Source: Bacteroidota bacterium (GTDB lineage Bacteria; Bacteroidota; Bacteroidia; UBA4408). From it: a DNA stretch of 64,000 bases. The stretch covers positions 56,392 through 120,391 of the forward strand of contig JADKCP010000002.1 of the NCBI GenBank assembly GCA_016718805.1, in the 5' to 3' direction. The position numbers were made by a program, and so were the translations under genes. Below are positions 54,545 through 64,000 of the stretch, piece by piece. The notes under the pieces are model-generated. The model did not search any database. It had not been told where the DNA came from and worked only from the letters and a program-made list of their open reading frames with translations. The first letter of the stretch is position 1, and each line of letters begins with the position of its first letter.

Positions 54545-55273
54545 TTATTTTTTTGCCACATAAATACTGGCAATACCAAAGGTAAGTGAAATTATTTTTG
54601 TTTCCTTAAAACCACAAGAACGCAAAATATCAGTAAAATCAGTACCATCCGGAAATGCTTCAACCGATTCGGGAAGATAAGTATACGCAGCAGCATCTTT
54701 AGAAAACAACTTACCTATTGGAGGTAAAATGTAGTTCGAATAAAAGGAATACAACTGTTTCACAGGAAATTTACGAGGTTTCGAAAACTCCAGCACCACC
54801 AACTTCCCATTAGGCTTAAGTACTCTGTATATTTCTGTTAATCCTTTATTCAAGTGTTCAAAATTACGCACGCCAAATGCAACTGTTGCGGCATCGAAAA
54901 AATTAGCTTCGAACTTCAAATTCTCACTATCACCATTTTGCAAATCAATTATATTTTCAAGTCCTTTCGATTTTATTTTAGTTCTACCAGCTGCTAACAT
55001 TCCTTCTGAAATATCGATTCCTATTATCTTTTCAGGATGCAAGCTCAGTGCCTCAAGTGCAAAATCGCCGGTACCGGTAGCTATATCGAGCAATGTTTTA
55101 GGCTTACCGGAAGCAAGTTCACGGATGGCTCGCTTTCGCCATAAAATATCAATCCCTAAAGAAAGAAAGTGATTCAAAAAATCATATTTAGGTGCGATGT
55201 TATTAAACATAGTTGCAACCTGATCTTTCTTACTTTCTTTAGAAATTTTATAGGGAGTTACGCTAGCTTTCAT
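54545..55273 (-). CDS. ubiE: Demethylmenaquinone / 2-methoxy-6-polyprenyl-benzoquinol methyltransferase
   Basis: YDFLNHFLSLGIDILWRKRAI (UbiE/MenG signature). SAM motif DIATGTGD. Confidence 0.85.
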   Translation of the reverse strand: MKASVTPYKISKESKKDQVATMFNNIAPKYDFLNHFLSLGIDILWRKRAIRELASGKPKTLLDIATGTGDFALEALSLHPEKIIGIDISEGMLAAGRTKIKSKGLENIIDLQNGDSENLKFEANFFDAATVAFGVRNFEHLNKGLTEIYRVLKPNGKLVVLEFSKPRKFPVKQLYSFYSNYILPPIGKLFSKDAAAYTYLPESVEAFPDGTDFTDILRSCGFKETKIISLTFGIASIYVAKK

Positions 55274-55298
55274 TTATTCCAATATACCTGTTAACTTA

Positions 55299-56291
55299 TT
55301 AAATAAGTTGTTTAGCTTCTTCCAGCAGCTGTTGTTTGTCCACCGAAACAACACCCAATTTTTCGCACACCAAGCCACCGGCAAGATTCGCCAATGCAGC
55401 CATGAATTCTAGAGAAGATTGGGCAGCCAAACAAAGTGTAGCAACAGCAATTACTGTATCGCCTGCACCCGAAACATCCGAAATAGTGCGAATATGAGCC
55501 GGCAACCAGTATTCACTTTTACTTTGGGCAATGTAAATACCTCGTTCAGATAATGTAATTAAACAGATTGAACAATTTAAAGTTTTTGATAGTAGCTGAA
55601 TCGCATTCTTCAAATTCTTTGGAACACTTAAATCTGTTTCGAGTTTTAATCCCTCTTTTAATTCGCGTAAATTGGGTTTAAACAAGGTCACATTTTTATA
55701 GGCCAAGAAATTGCTTTTTTTAGGATCAACACTTGTTGGAATCGAATTCTTTTTAGCCAGCTTAATCAGCTCCTCTATTAAGTTTTTGCTCAAAACTCCT
55801 TTGTCGTAATCTTCAAAAATAAGTGCATCAATTTTTTTTGTGCTTAAAATTTTTGAGATGAGTTGAAATAATTTTTTGCTTTGAGCATCACTAATAGCAT
55901 TCGTAACTTCTTCATCAATACGTAGCATTTGATGATGGTTGCCAATAATACGGGTTTTAGAAGTAGTTGGACGATCATCAACAATTATAATTCCTTCAGC
56001 TGTAAGTTGTTCTTTTTTGATTAATTGTGAAAATAATTTTCCGTTACTATCGTTTCCAATAACTGAACATAGTATTGGTTTTGCGCCCATTGCTTTAATA
56101 TTTAGTGCAACATTGGCAGCACCCCCTAATCGGTTTTCTCGTTTTTGAGCAGCAACAATTGGTACCGGAGCTTCGGGTGAAATGCGGTTAACGGTTCCCC
56201 AAACATAGGAATCAAGCATTACATCGCCTACAATTAAAACGTTAAGTTTATTAAAGGAAGTAAATAATTGATGCAGTTGTTTTGAATCCAT
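55299..56291 (-). CDS. D-glycero-beta-D-manno-heptose-7-phosphate kinase (RfaE domain I / HldE kinase domain), PfkB family
   Basis: VLIVGDVMLDSYVWGTVNRISPEAPVPIV (RfaE-I signature). C-terminal DVSGAGDT PfkB motif. 330 aa. No adenylyltransferase domain. Confidence 0.75.
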   Translation of the reverse strand: MDSKQLHQLFTSFNKLNVLIVGDVMLDSYVWGTVNRISPEAPVPIVAAQKRENRLGGAANVALNIKAMGAKPILCSVIGNDSNGKLFSQLIKKEQLTAEGIIIVDDRPTTSKTRIIGNHHQMLRIDEEVTNAISDAQSKKLFQLISKILSTKKIDALIFEDYDKGVLSKNLIEELIKLAKKNSIPTSVDPKKSNFLAYKNVTLFKPNLRELKEGLKLETDLSVPKNLKNAIQLLSKTLNCSICLITLSERGIYIAQSKSEYWLPAHIRTISDVSGAGDTVIAVATLCLAAQSSLEFMAALANLAGGLVCEKLGVVSVDKQQLLEEAKQLI

Positions 56292-56360
56292 TTCTTTATA
56301 CTTTCACTTATTGTAGAAGAAATTTTGTTGATACAATTTCCGATAAAAGCATCGTCTCCA

Positions 56361-57554
56361 TTAATTCAATAATGCTAATGCAACTTTTACTCGTTTTAAG
56401 GCTTCTTTTAGCTTTTCTTCAGAGGTTGCGTAAGAAAAACGTACACAGTTATCATCTCCAAAGGCGTCACCTGAAACTAATGCAACATTTGCACTGTGCA
56501 ATAAATACATGCTTAAATCGTGTGAATTAGTGATATGCACATCATCTTTGCTTTTTCCAAAGTAGGAACTAATATCAGGAAAAACATAAAATGCACCGTC
56601 CGGAACATTTGCTTTGACTCCGGGAATATCTTTTAAAAGCGAAACTACCAAGTCTCTACGTTTTTTAAATGCTTCACACATTTGATGTGTAACAGAAGGA
56701 TCAGCTAATACAGCCGCCATTGCAGCACGTTGCGCAATTGAAGAAGTACCTGAAGTAAACTGACCTTGCATTTTTTCGCATGCCTTGGCAATCCATTTAG
56801 GTGCACCAATGTATCCAATTCTCCAACCGGTCATGGCAAAACCTTTACTCACTCCGTTTACTGTAATTACTTGATTACGTATAGTTTCAAATTGAGCTAA
56901 ACTCTCGTGTTTACCAATAAAATTAATGTGTTCGTAAATTTCATCCGATATCACAAATAAGTTAGGATGTTGTGCAATTACATCAGCAAAGGCTTTTAAT
57001 TCAGCTTTTGTATAAACAGCCCCACTTGGATTGCAGGGAGTGCTAAAAATCATCAACTTTGATTTAGGTGTAATTGCTTTTTGCAGCTGCTCGGCTGATA
57101 TTTTAAAATTGCTTTCAACAGTTGAAGGAATAAAAACGACCTTCCCATCTGCTAATTTTACTTGTTCGCTATAACTCACCCAATATGGAGTTGGTATAAT
57201 TACTTCATCATCTTTGTCAATCAATGCAAGAATTACATTCGCAATGGATTGCTTTGCACCGGTTGAAACAACAATTTCATCTGGACTATAAATTAAGTCA
57301 TTGTCGCGTTTAAATTTAGTACAAATAGCTTCCCTTAAATCGAGATAACCCGGAACAGGTGTATAATGTGAAAAATTATTGTCGATTGCATTTTTGGCTG
57401 CTTCCTTAATAAAATCGGGAGTATCAAAATCTGGTTCACCAATGCTCAGGCTAATCACATCAATACCTTTGGCTTGTAACTCGCGACTAATACGTGCCAT
57501 TGCCAAAGTTTGTGGTTCGGTAATGTTATTATGCCTTTCTGATAACTTTGTCAT
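56361..57554 (-). CDS. Class-I PLP-dependent aminotransferase (aspartate/aromatic aminotransferase family)
   Basis: …NGVSKGFAMTGWRIGY… (PLP-Lys region). 397 aa. Confidence 0.85.
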   Translation of the reverse strand: MTKLSERHNNITEPQTLAMARISRELQAKGIDVISLSIGEPDFDTPDFIKEAAKNAIDNNFSHYTPVPGYLDLREAICTKFKRDNDLIYSPDEIVVSTGAKQSIANVILALIDKDDEVIIPTPYWVSYSEQVKLADGKVVFIPSTVESNFKISAEQLQKAITPKSKLMIFSTPCNPSGAVYTKAELKAFADVIAQHPNLFVISDEIYEHINFIGKHESLAQFETIRNQVITVNGVSKGFAMTGWRIGYIGAPKWIAKACEKMQGQFTSGTSSIAQRAAMAAVLADPSVTHQMCEAFKKRRDLVVSLLKDIPGVKANVPDGAFYVFPDISSYFGKSKDDVHITNSHDLSMYLLHSANVALVSGDAFGDDNCVRFSYATSEEKLKEALKRVKVALALLN

Positions 57555-57772
57555 AGGTTAAATTTAAAGGGACAAAGCTAATAATTATTGTTATATCCTA
57601 ATAGAATATCAAGTGAGAGTATTATCATAGGTGCTTTTGATTAGTATGGTAAATCAAGTCAAGGCACTATATTTTGCAAGTTGACTTTTTGCTCTAAATT
57701 TGCAGCTTAGCAGCTTCGATCAATCATCAAATTTGTTAATATTCTTAGTGTTAAGAAAAGTAAAAAACTTTT

Positions 57773-58873
57773 ATGGCAGGAAACACATTTGGGCAACTCT
57801 TTTCACTTCGCACATTTGGCGAATCACATGGTTTGGCCATAGGAGGTATAATTGATGGCTGTCCAGCAGGATTGGAAATTGATGTTGATTTTATTCAACA
57901 GGAGTTGGACCGAAGAAAACCAGGTCAATCTAAATTAGTTTCACAACGAAAAGAGCGTGATTGTGCCGAATTTTTATCAGGAATTTTTGAAGGCCGAACT
58001 ACAGGTACACCTATTGGATTTATTATTAAAAATGAAAATGCAAAGTCTGGAGATTATGCACATTTAAAAGATGTGTATCGCCCATCACATGCAGATTATA
58101 CTTACGACAAAAAATACGAGGTACGCGATTACAATGGTGGAGGAAGAAGTAGTGCACGCGAAACTGCTTGCCGTGTAGTTGCAGGAGCCATCGCTAAATT
58201 GCTGCTCAAAAAAATTAAGATTCACATAAGTGCTTATGTATCTCAAGTGGGTGATATTAAAACATCTTTAAATTACCAACAACTCGATTTTTCATCGATT
58301 GAATCAACCGCTGTTCGTTGTCCGGACCTAGCCATTGCTAAAAAGATGATTGCTAAAATTGAACAAGTTCGTAAAGCAGGCGATACAGTTGGAGGAATTA
58401 TAAGTTGTGTTGTAACCAATGTACCAGCCGGATTAGGTGAACCAGTTTTTGATAAACTACATGCCGATTTGGGAAAAGCTATGTTAAGTATTAACGCTGT
58501 GAAAGGCTTCGAATATGGAACTGGTTTTGAAGGTGCATCGCATACAGGTTCTGCCGAAAATGATGCCTTTGTGTTTAACAAAAAGGAAAATAAAATTCGC
58601 ACACTCACCAATAATTCCGGCGGAATACAAGGAGGAATTTCAAATGGCGAAACCATTTATTTTAACACCGCTTTCAAACCTGTAGCAACTTTAATGCAGC
58701 AACAACAATCGGTTTCAACAAAAAATAAAGCAGTAATTGTAAAAGGCAAAGGTCGTCATGATGCTTGTGTTGTGCCTCGTGCTGTTCCTATTGTTGAAGC
58801 CATGGCAGCCCTAGTTTTAGCTGATCACTTGCTCCGAACAAAAACTGCTACACTTAAAAATTTATTAAAATAA
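57773..58873 (+). CDS. aroC: Chorismate synthase
   Basis: [20 protein letters not shown]…[10 protein letters not shown]…[12 protein letters not shown]. Full-length 366 aa. Confidence 0.95.
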   Translation: MAGNTFGQLFSLRTFGESHGLAIGGIIDGCPAGLEIDVDFIQQELDRRKPGQSKLVSQRKERDCAEFLSGIFEGRTTGTPIGFIIKNENAKSGDYAHLKDVYRPSHADYTYDKKYEVRDYNGGGRSSARETACRVVAGAIAKLLLKKIKIHISAYVSQVGDIKTSLNYQQLDFSSIESTAVRCPDLAIAKKMIAKIEQVRKAGDTVGGIISCVVTNVPAGLGEPVFDKLHADLGKAMLSINAVKGFEYGTGFEGASHTGSAENDAFVFNKKENKIRTLTNNSGGIQGGISNGETIYFNTAFKPVATLMQQQQSVSTKNKAVIVKGKGRHDACVVPRAVPIVEAMAALVLADHLLRTKTATLKNLLK

Positions 58874-58884
58874 CACGGCTTTAA

Positions 58885-60642
58885 TTAAACTGGCTGTTCG
58901 CTAAATTGCAACTCCAACAATTTTTTATATTGGCCATTTAGTGCTATTAATTCAGCGTGTGTTCCACTTTCAATAATGTTTCCATGCTCTAAAACCAATA
59001 TTCGGTCGGCATTTTGAATGGTACTTAAGCGATGAGCAATTATAATTGAAGTTCTGTTTTTAGTAAGAATTTCAGTGGCCTTTTGAATTAATAATTCTGA
59101 TTCTGTATCAATAGAAGAAGTGGCTTCATCCAGTATGAGTATTTTGGGATCGTATACGTATGCTCTGATAAAACTGATTAATTGTCGTTGACCAACCGAA
59201 AGTGTAGCACCCCTTTCCATTACTTTATGTTGATATCCATTCGGAAAGCTCTTAATAAAATTATCGGCACCAACTTGCTTTGCAGCAAACTCTATTTGTT
59301 CTATTGTTATTGAAGGATTGTTTAAAGAAATGTTGTTGGCAATACTGTCTGAAAATAAAAATACATCTTGCAGTACAACACCAATATTTTGTCGCAATGA
59401 ACCTAATTCATAAGCACGAATTGAATTTCCGTCAATCAAAATTTCGCCTGAATTATATTCATAAAAGCGATTCAACAAATTAATAATGGAAGACTTACCT
59501 GAGCCGGTAGCACCAACCAATGCTAATGTTTCGCCTTGCTTTACCTGGAATGAAATATTTTTAAGCACATAAGTATCGTTTTGATAGGCAAAATCTACTT
59601 TTTTAAATTCGATGTTTCCGGCAATATTATTTGCTGTAAGTTGTCCTTTATTTTCGATTACTTCCTGAGTGTCTAAAATTTTAAATACCCTCTCGGAACT
59701 TACAATTCCCATTTGCAAAGTATTGAAACGATCAGCCAATTGACGTATCGGGCGAAACAATAAGTTGATGTACATAATAAATGCAATGATGCTTCCAATT
59801 GTAAACTTATCGCTTAATACTTCCTTTGCTCCTACCCAAATTAGCAAGCCAATGGAAATAGAGGAAAGTATTTCAACAACCGGAAAAAATACCGAATAAT
59901 GCCAAATAGATTTTATATTGGCAGCTTTGTGCGCAGCATTAATACTTACAAATTTTTTATATTCGGCTTCTTCCCTATTAAAAATTTGCACTATGCTCAT
60001 ACCCGAAATATGTTCCTGAACAAATGCATTTAAACGTGCCACTTGGGTTCGCACTTGCTGAAATGCCGATTTAATGGCATTCTTAAAAATATAGGTTGCA
60101 ACTAACAATACCGGTATGGTACTTAAGCTTATCAAGGTTAAGCGCCAATCGCTCACAAACATTACAGTTATTATAACTAGTAACTTTAATACATCGCCCA
60201 AAATCTCCAGAAAACCTTGCGAAAAAACATCTGCAATGGTTTGTATATCGCTTATAGCACGAGTTACTAGCGTTCCAATTGGTGTGTTGTCAAAATAGGT
60301 AAGTTTAAAATTCAGCAAATGTTTGTATAACTGAACACGCATATCTTTTATAACACATTGACCTAATAAATTGGCAAGGTAGGTATCAAAAAACTGTAGT
60401 ACAGCCTCGGAAAGCAGCAATGCAAACATCACCAAAGTCATTTGCAACAGGCGATGTGCATCTGGTTTTATGATATAATGGTCTAATGTAAACTGCACCA
60501 ACCAAGGACGAATAGGTGATAATATGGCAATTAATATAGTCAACCCTAAGGTGCCATAAAATAACGAACGATAGGGTTTCGTATACGATAATATGCGTAA
60601 AAAAATTTTAAAATCAAATGCTCTGCCCGATAAACTTCCCAC
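58885..60642 (-). CDS. ABC exporter, fused permease + ATPase (MsbA/type-I exporter class)
   Basis: Six-TM N-domain. Walker A GATGSGKSS, signature LSVGQRQ, Walker B ILILDEATSSID, H-loop. Confidence 0.85.
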   Translation of the reverse strand: MGSLSGRAFDFKIFLRILSYTKPYRSLFYGTLGLTILIAILSPIRPWLVQFTLDHYIIKPDAHRLLQMTLVMFALLLSEAVLQFFDTYLANLLGQCVIKDMRVQLYKHLLNFKLTYFDNTPIGTLVTRAISDIQTIADVFSQGFLEILGDVLKLLVIITVMFVSDWRLTLISLSTIPVLLVATYIFKNAIKSAFQQVRTQVARLNAFVQEHISGMSIVQIFNREEAEYKKFVSINAAHKAANIKSIWHYSVFFPVVEILSSISIGLLIWVGAKEVLSDKFTIGSIIAFIMYINLLFRPIRQLADRFNTLQMGIVSSERVFKILDTQEVIENKGQLTANNIAGNIEFKKVDFAYQNDTYVLKNISFQVKQGETLALVGATGSGKSSIINLLNRFYEYNSGEILIDGNSIRAYELGSLRQNIGVVLQDVFLFSDSIANNISLNNPSITIEQIEFAAKQVGADNFIKSFPNGYQHKVMERGATLSVGQRQLISFIRAYVYDPKILILDEATSSIDTESELLIQKATEILTKNRTSIIIAHRLSTIQNADRILVLEHGNIIESGTHAELIALNGQYKKLLELQFSEQPV

Positions 60643-60905
60643 TGTTTACTATTCTTTACATGCTTTAATTGGTCGGCAAATTTAAACTTTATTTAGTGTT
60701 GTTGGCATCGTACAACTTTGGATGCTTAATTAATATATAGGAATTCGTAATAAGTATAACCCTTCCCCAACCATTACTTCACTAAATTTAATGGCATATA
60801 ATGTTTTTATTGTTTGTGAATAAAAGAAAATTACCGCTTTTCAAGAAGCAATGTTCAACTTTAAAATCAGGATAAAAATATTTTATATCTTTCAGAAAAA
60901 AACAA

Positions 60906-61866
60906 ATGGAAAGAATTGACCAACAAAATAAAAATCTGGTTTTTAAAGGCAACGGAACTGAGTTATTTCAGTTATTGTTTGTAAATATTTTATTGCTATT
61001 GGTAACACTCGGATTTTATTATCCATGGGCCAAAGTGCGTAAGTTGCACTATCTGTACACGCAAACCGAATTGGATAACAAGCCGTTTACTTTTCATGGT
61101 ACCGGTAAAGAAATTTTTTGGGGATTTATAAAATCTTTACTCATGTTGGTAGTACTTTATGGAATGCTTTTCGCCGGTGCTCTATCGCGAAATCCAGTAA
61201 TTGCTATACTTACACCACTGTTATTCGTTTCAGTTTTCTTTGTAATTGTGCCTTTGGCAGTGCATGGTTCTTTAAAATACCGTATGTCACATTCTTCCTG
61301 GAGTGGAATTCACTTTGGTTACAGAGGAGAACGGGGAATACTAATTAAGAAATTTATTGGAGGAATCTTGTTATCTATAATTACGTTGTATATTTATTTA
61401 GCTTGGTTCATAGTTGATTTACGAAAATACATTATTGGCAATATTCGTTTTGGAAATGTTCAATTTCGATTTGATGGAACCGGTGGCGCTTTATTTTTGC
61501 TGAAATTTAAAAGGAATTTTTTTCAGTCTTATTACATTCGGGATTTATGGATTTTGGTGGATGAGAAATGCAGTTCGATTTTACATCAACAATTTAGTGA
61601 TTGTACAAAATGAAAAAGAGCACCGTATTCATTTTACTGGCAGCGCAGGAGATGTAGCAAAATTAGTGATTGTGAATTTTTTATTGATGATAATTACATT
61701 AGGTTTAGCATTTCCTTGGGTGATGATTCGCAACCTTCAGTTTATTTATACCAATTCGCAAATTGATGGCACCTTCGAAACTCAAAATATTCTACAAACA
61801 GAAGATGAATATAAAGATGCATTAGGGGAAGATATGACCGATATTTTTGATATCAATATTATCTAA
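60906..61866 (+). pseudogene. DUF898/YjgN-family inner-membrane protein, split by a frameshift in a T7/A4 homopolymer region (~61505-61523)
   Basis: Two ORFs (60906-61613, 61561-61866) both carry the DUF898 repeat signature (F.F.G.G.ELF…N.LL…TLG.Y.PW). The downstream frame reads NLKGIFFSLITFGIYGFWWMRNAVRFY… back to a TGA at 61501. Removing one T from the T7 run joins them. Confidence 0.6.
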
Positions 61867-61871
61867 GCTAT

Positions 61872-62951
61872 ATGTATTTCAAAGGATTTTATTACGACGG
61901 AAAAAGCTCATTCGGTCATCCTGCAACTATTGTTCTTACTGAAACAACTATAACAATAACGCTAGCTAGCGAAACACTAACTCGAAACATAGAGCAGTTA
62001 AATATTACCGAATCGCATGTATACGATGATCGCACTGTTTTAAAGTTTGGAAATCAGTTTCCGTATGAAGCGGTTGAAATAACTGAAGCAGATTTCCCTG
62101 TATTTTTTGAACGCACCTACCCATCTTTTCATTTAAAAAAAACAAAAATTAAAAGTGGTTATTCCACAGGAATTAAATCGATAGCATTAATTATTACAGG
62201 AATAATTGCATTGATACTACTCTCCTATTTTTATATAATTCCTTTTATGGCTGAAACAGTTGCGAAACGAATTCCACAAGAATATGAAATAGAGTTAGGT
62301 AGTAATTTGTTTTCACAAGTTGTAGAATCCTATCAGGTTGACTCAACTCAAAGTGCTTTGGCCAATTCCTTTTTTAATGAATTAAATGTTAATCAGAATT
62401 ATCCGGTTACTATATATGTGGTTCATTCTGAAATCAGTAATGCTTTTGCCTTTCCGGGTGGAAACATTGTAGTACATGATAAATTGTTAAAAGCAATTGA
62501 CAGTAAAGAAGAGTTTGCAGCCTTATTGGCACATGAGTATTCGCATGTAGCCTATCGACATACCACACGCAGCTTGTTTCGAAACTTGGGTACTTATCTG
62601 GTTGTATCACTCTTACTAACAGATGTAAATGGAGTAATGGCTGTTTTGTTGCAAAATGCCGATAATCTTAAATCGTTGAGTTATTCGCGAGCGATAGAAG
62701 AAGAAGCAGATACAAAAGGTTTGGAATTGCTACTTGATGCTGGAGTTAACCCAAGAGGAATGTTGGATTTGTTTACGCAACTTGAAAAGGAATCAGATGG
62801 AGGAGGTGAAATTCCTGAATTTTTAAGTACGCATCCAATGCTTCAACAGCGCAAAGTAACCATCACTCAACTCATTGCAAAAAGTACTTTAAAATTGAAG
62901 CCTAACGAAGAACTGGAACAGTTGTGGAAACAAATTAAGCAAAACAACTAA
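61872..62951 (+). CDS. M48-family (Ste24/HtpX-like) zinc metallopeptidase with N-terminal DUF-like domain
   Basis: HEYSHVAYRH (HExxH) with downstream E in EEEAD. Central TM. 359 aa. Directly follows the DUF898 gene. Confidence 0.75.
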   Translation: MYFKGFYYDGKSSFGHPATIVLTETTITITLASETLTRNIEQLNITESHVYDDRTVLKFGNQFPYEAVEITEADFPVFFERTYPSFHLKKTKIKSGYSTGIKSIALIITGIIALILLSYFYIIPFMAETVAKRIPQEYEIELGSNLFSQVVESYQVDSTQSALANSFFNELNVNQNYPVTIYVVHSEISNAFAFPGGNIVVHDKLLKAIDSKEEFAALLAHEYSHVAYRHTTRSLFRNLGTYLVVSLLLTDVNGVMAVLLQNADNLKSLSYSRAIEEEADTKGLELLLDAGVNPRGMLDLFTQLEKESDGGGEIPEFLSTHPMLQQRKVTITQLIAKSTLKLKPNEELEQLWKQIKQNN

Positions 62952-62972
62952 ACTTCGAAATAAGGATTAAAC

Positions 62973-63614
62973 TTAAATTAATCCTTTATCAATAAGACTG
63001 ATGATGTCTTCAATTTTGCGATCATCACCATCTGCATCGTAGCGTTTTTTCATATCGGATGAAAATATTTTAGCTATTCCTTGCCAAAAGAATGCAGAAA
63101 AAGAACCTCTTAATTCTTTTACAATTTCGTACGAAGTATTACCAGTTTCTCGATCAATTAACTTCATCAGTAACTGACCTTGATTCATAGTAAGATCGCT
63201 GAGTTTGGGACCAAATTCATCCTTCAACTCTTTTTCCACTTTTTTCATCAATTCCTTTTTTTCGTGCTCTGATCTACCTTGCAATTGTTGGTTATAATCA
63301 CGCAATTTTATTCCGGCAAGTTTAGCATAAGGGTAAGTAATTTTCACATCGCGCACCAATCTATTCCATTTGTTTTTTTGTGCTTGATTTGCAAAAACTC
63401 TATTTTCAATTTTATAAGCAGGACGCAAATATATTAGTGGAATTGTATCACCATCAACTATGGTAGCATAAGTACGAGTATGGTTTAAATCCACCGAAGG
63501 TCCTTTTGTATCTCCTATTACTTCATTTTGAGCAATAGTATTTAACGGGGATAAAATGGCTATTACAATCCACAGAAATAATTTAAAAAATGCAGAGAAT
63601 ATGTGCTGTTTCAT
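62973..63614 (-). CDS. Secreted hypothetical protein (DUF4294-like, Bacteroidota-specific)
   Basis: Signal peptide MKQHIFSAFFKLFLWIVIAILSPLNTIAQ. Lys/Glu-rich helical middle. Family assignment from memory, not verified. Confidence 0.45.
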   Translation of the reverse strand: MKQHIFSAFFKLFLWIVIAILSPLNTIAQNEVIGDTKGPSVDLNHTRTYATIVDGDTIPLIYLRPAYKIENRVFANQAQKNKWNRLVRDVKITYPYAKLAGIKLRDYNQQLQGRSEHEKKELMKKVEKELKDEFGPKLSDLTMNQGQLLMKLIDRETGNTSYEIVKELRGSFSAFFWQGIAKIFSSDMKKRYDADGDDRKIEDIISLIDKGLI

Positions 63615-63794
63615 GAAATTTAGTTGAATTTACTGACAATTTGCTTTGCAATTTTATTCAAAAAACCGAATGAAATCCTCAAGAGCTATGCCATTAATAT
63701 TCTGCATAAAAATAGTGAATCTCTTTCAATTTAGTTTCACTATAGAATGATTTTGAATTTAATAGCTGTTAATTTTAATCAGCAAACAAAGGAT

Positions 63795-63836
63795 ATAAAA
63801 CAGCGAAACCAAGCTAAAATCAATAGCTTGGTTTCG
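63795..63836 (-). terminator. Rho-independent terminator downstream of ndk (minus strand)
   Basis: 13-bp stem CGAAACCAAGCTA / TAGCTTGGTTTCG with 7-nt loop. On the minus strand it is followed by GCTGTTTTAT. Confidence 0.45.
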
Positions 63837-63858
63837 TTGTTAACAATTGAATAAGGTA

Positions 63859-64000
63859 TTAAAACTGCTCAAGTTTAGAGAAGAAAAAACTACCTTCAAT
63901 TTGTGCATTTTCATCGCTGTCAGAACCATGCACTGCATTAGCAGCAATAGACTCAGCATAAATTTTACGAATAGTTCCTTCGGCTGCATCTTTCGGATTT
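63859..64000 (-). CDS. ndk: Nucleoside diphosphate kinase, C-terminal 46 codons (5' part beyond window)
   Basis: Minus-strand translation …[46 protein letters not shown] matches NDK C-terminus (NP.DA.PGTIR.D…HGSDS.E.A..EI..FF). Confidence 0.8.
   Translation of the reverse strand, partial: NPKDAAEGTIRKIYAESIAANAVHGSDSDENAQIEGSFFFSKLEQF

Noticed and set aside
56282-56530. 82-aa plus-strand ORF bridging the kinase and aminotransferase genes
   Set aside because: It overlaps the 3' ends of two well-supported minus-strand genes and has no homology.
62962-62986. AAGGATTAA…TTAATCCTT hairpin between the M48 gene and the DUF4294 gene as a bidirectional terminator
   Set aside because: The stem is almost entirely A/T, with 2-3 G:C pairs. 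The minus-gene stop codon lies in the loop, and the flanking T-runs are weak.

Overview
This 64-kb window looks like a chromosomal segment from a low-GC Bacteroidota genome. Four things seen in the sequence support that lineage: C-terminal Por/T9SS sorting domains, an LpxC/FabZ fusion gene, a single-chain (fused alpha/beta) 2-oxoacid dehydrogenase E1, and a tmRNA whose tag peptide is GESNYALAA. About 50 protein genes are densely packed on both strands. The core housekeeping genes are asnB, nadD, lpxA, lpxC-fabZ, lpdA, aroC, ubiE, ndk (partial), cystathionine beta-synthase, an aminotransferase, an heptose-7-P kinase and tryptophanase. Between them sit several envelope/accessory modules: (1) a tandem array of three paralogous, T9SS-secreted BNR/Asp-box repeat proteins whose 3' ends and ~285-nt spacers (terminator included) have been homogenised. 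(2) A TetR-controlled operon encoding a small CutA-like protein, an unusual fusion of an ABC-exporter transmembrane domain to an HlyD-type membrane fusion protein with no ATPase domain, and a TolC-like channel. (3) An ECF sigma / FecR anti-sigma pair followed by an outer-membrane protein with an STN domain plus a ~15-residue GVQLAG(I/L)xN tandem repeat, then a TonB-dependent receptor that itself lacks STN. (4) A tmRNA gene (ssrA, minus strand) embedded in GAGAATGA-type heptamer repeats. (5) An Rrf2 regulator, CrtI-family desaturase and radical-SAM/SPASM gene trio. Two genes (a LolE-like FtsX permease and a DUF898/YjgN membrane protein next to an M48 peptidase) are broken by single-nucleotide homopolymer frameshifts; each could be a real pseudogene or an assembly error. 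I found no CRISPR array, transposase or integrase. All calls rest on reading the supplied translations and the nucleotide sequence by eye. I ran no database search.
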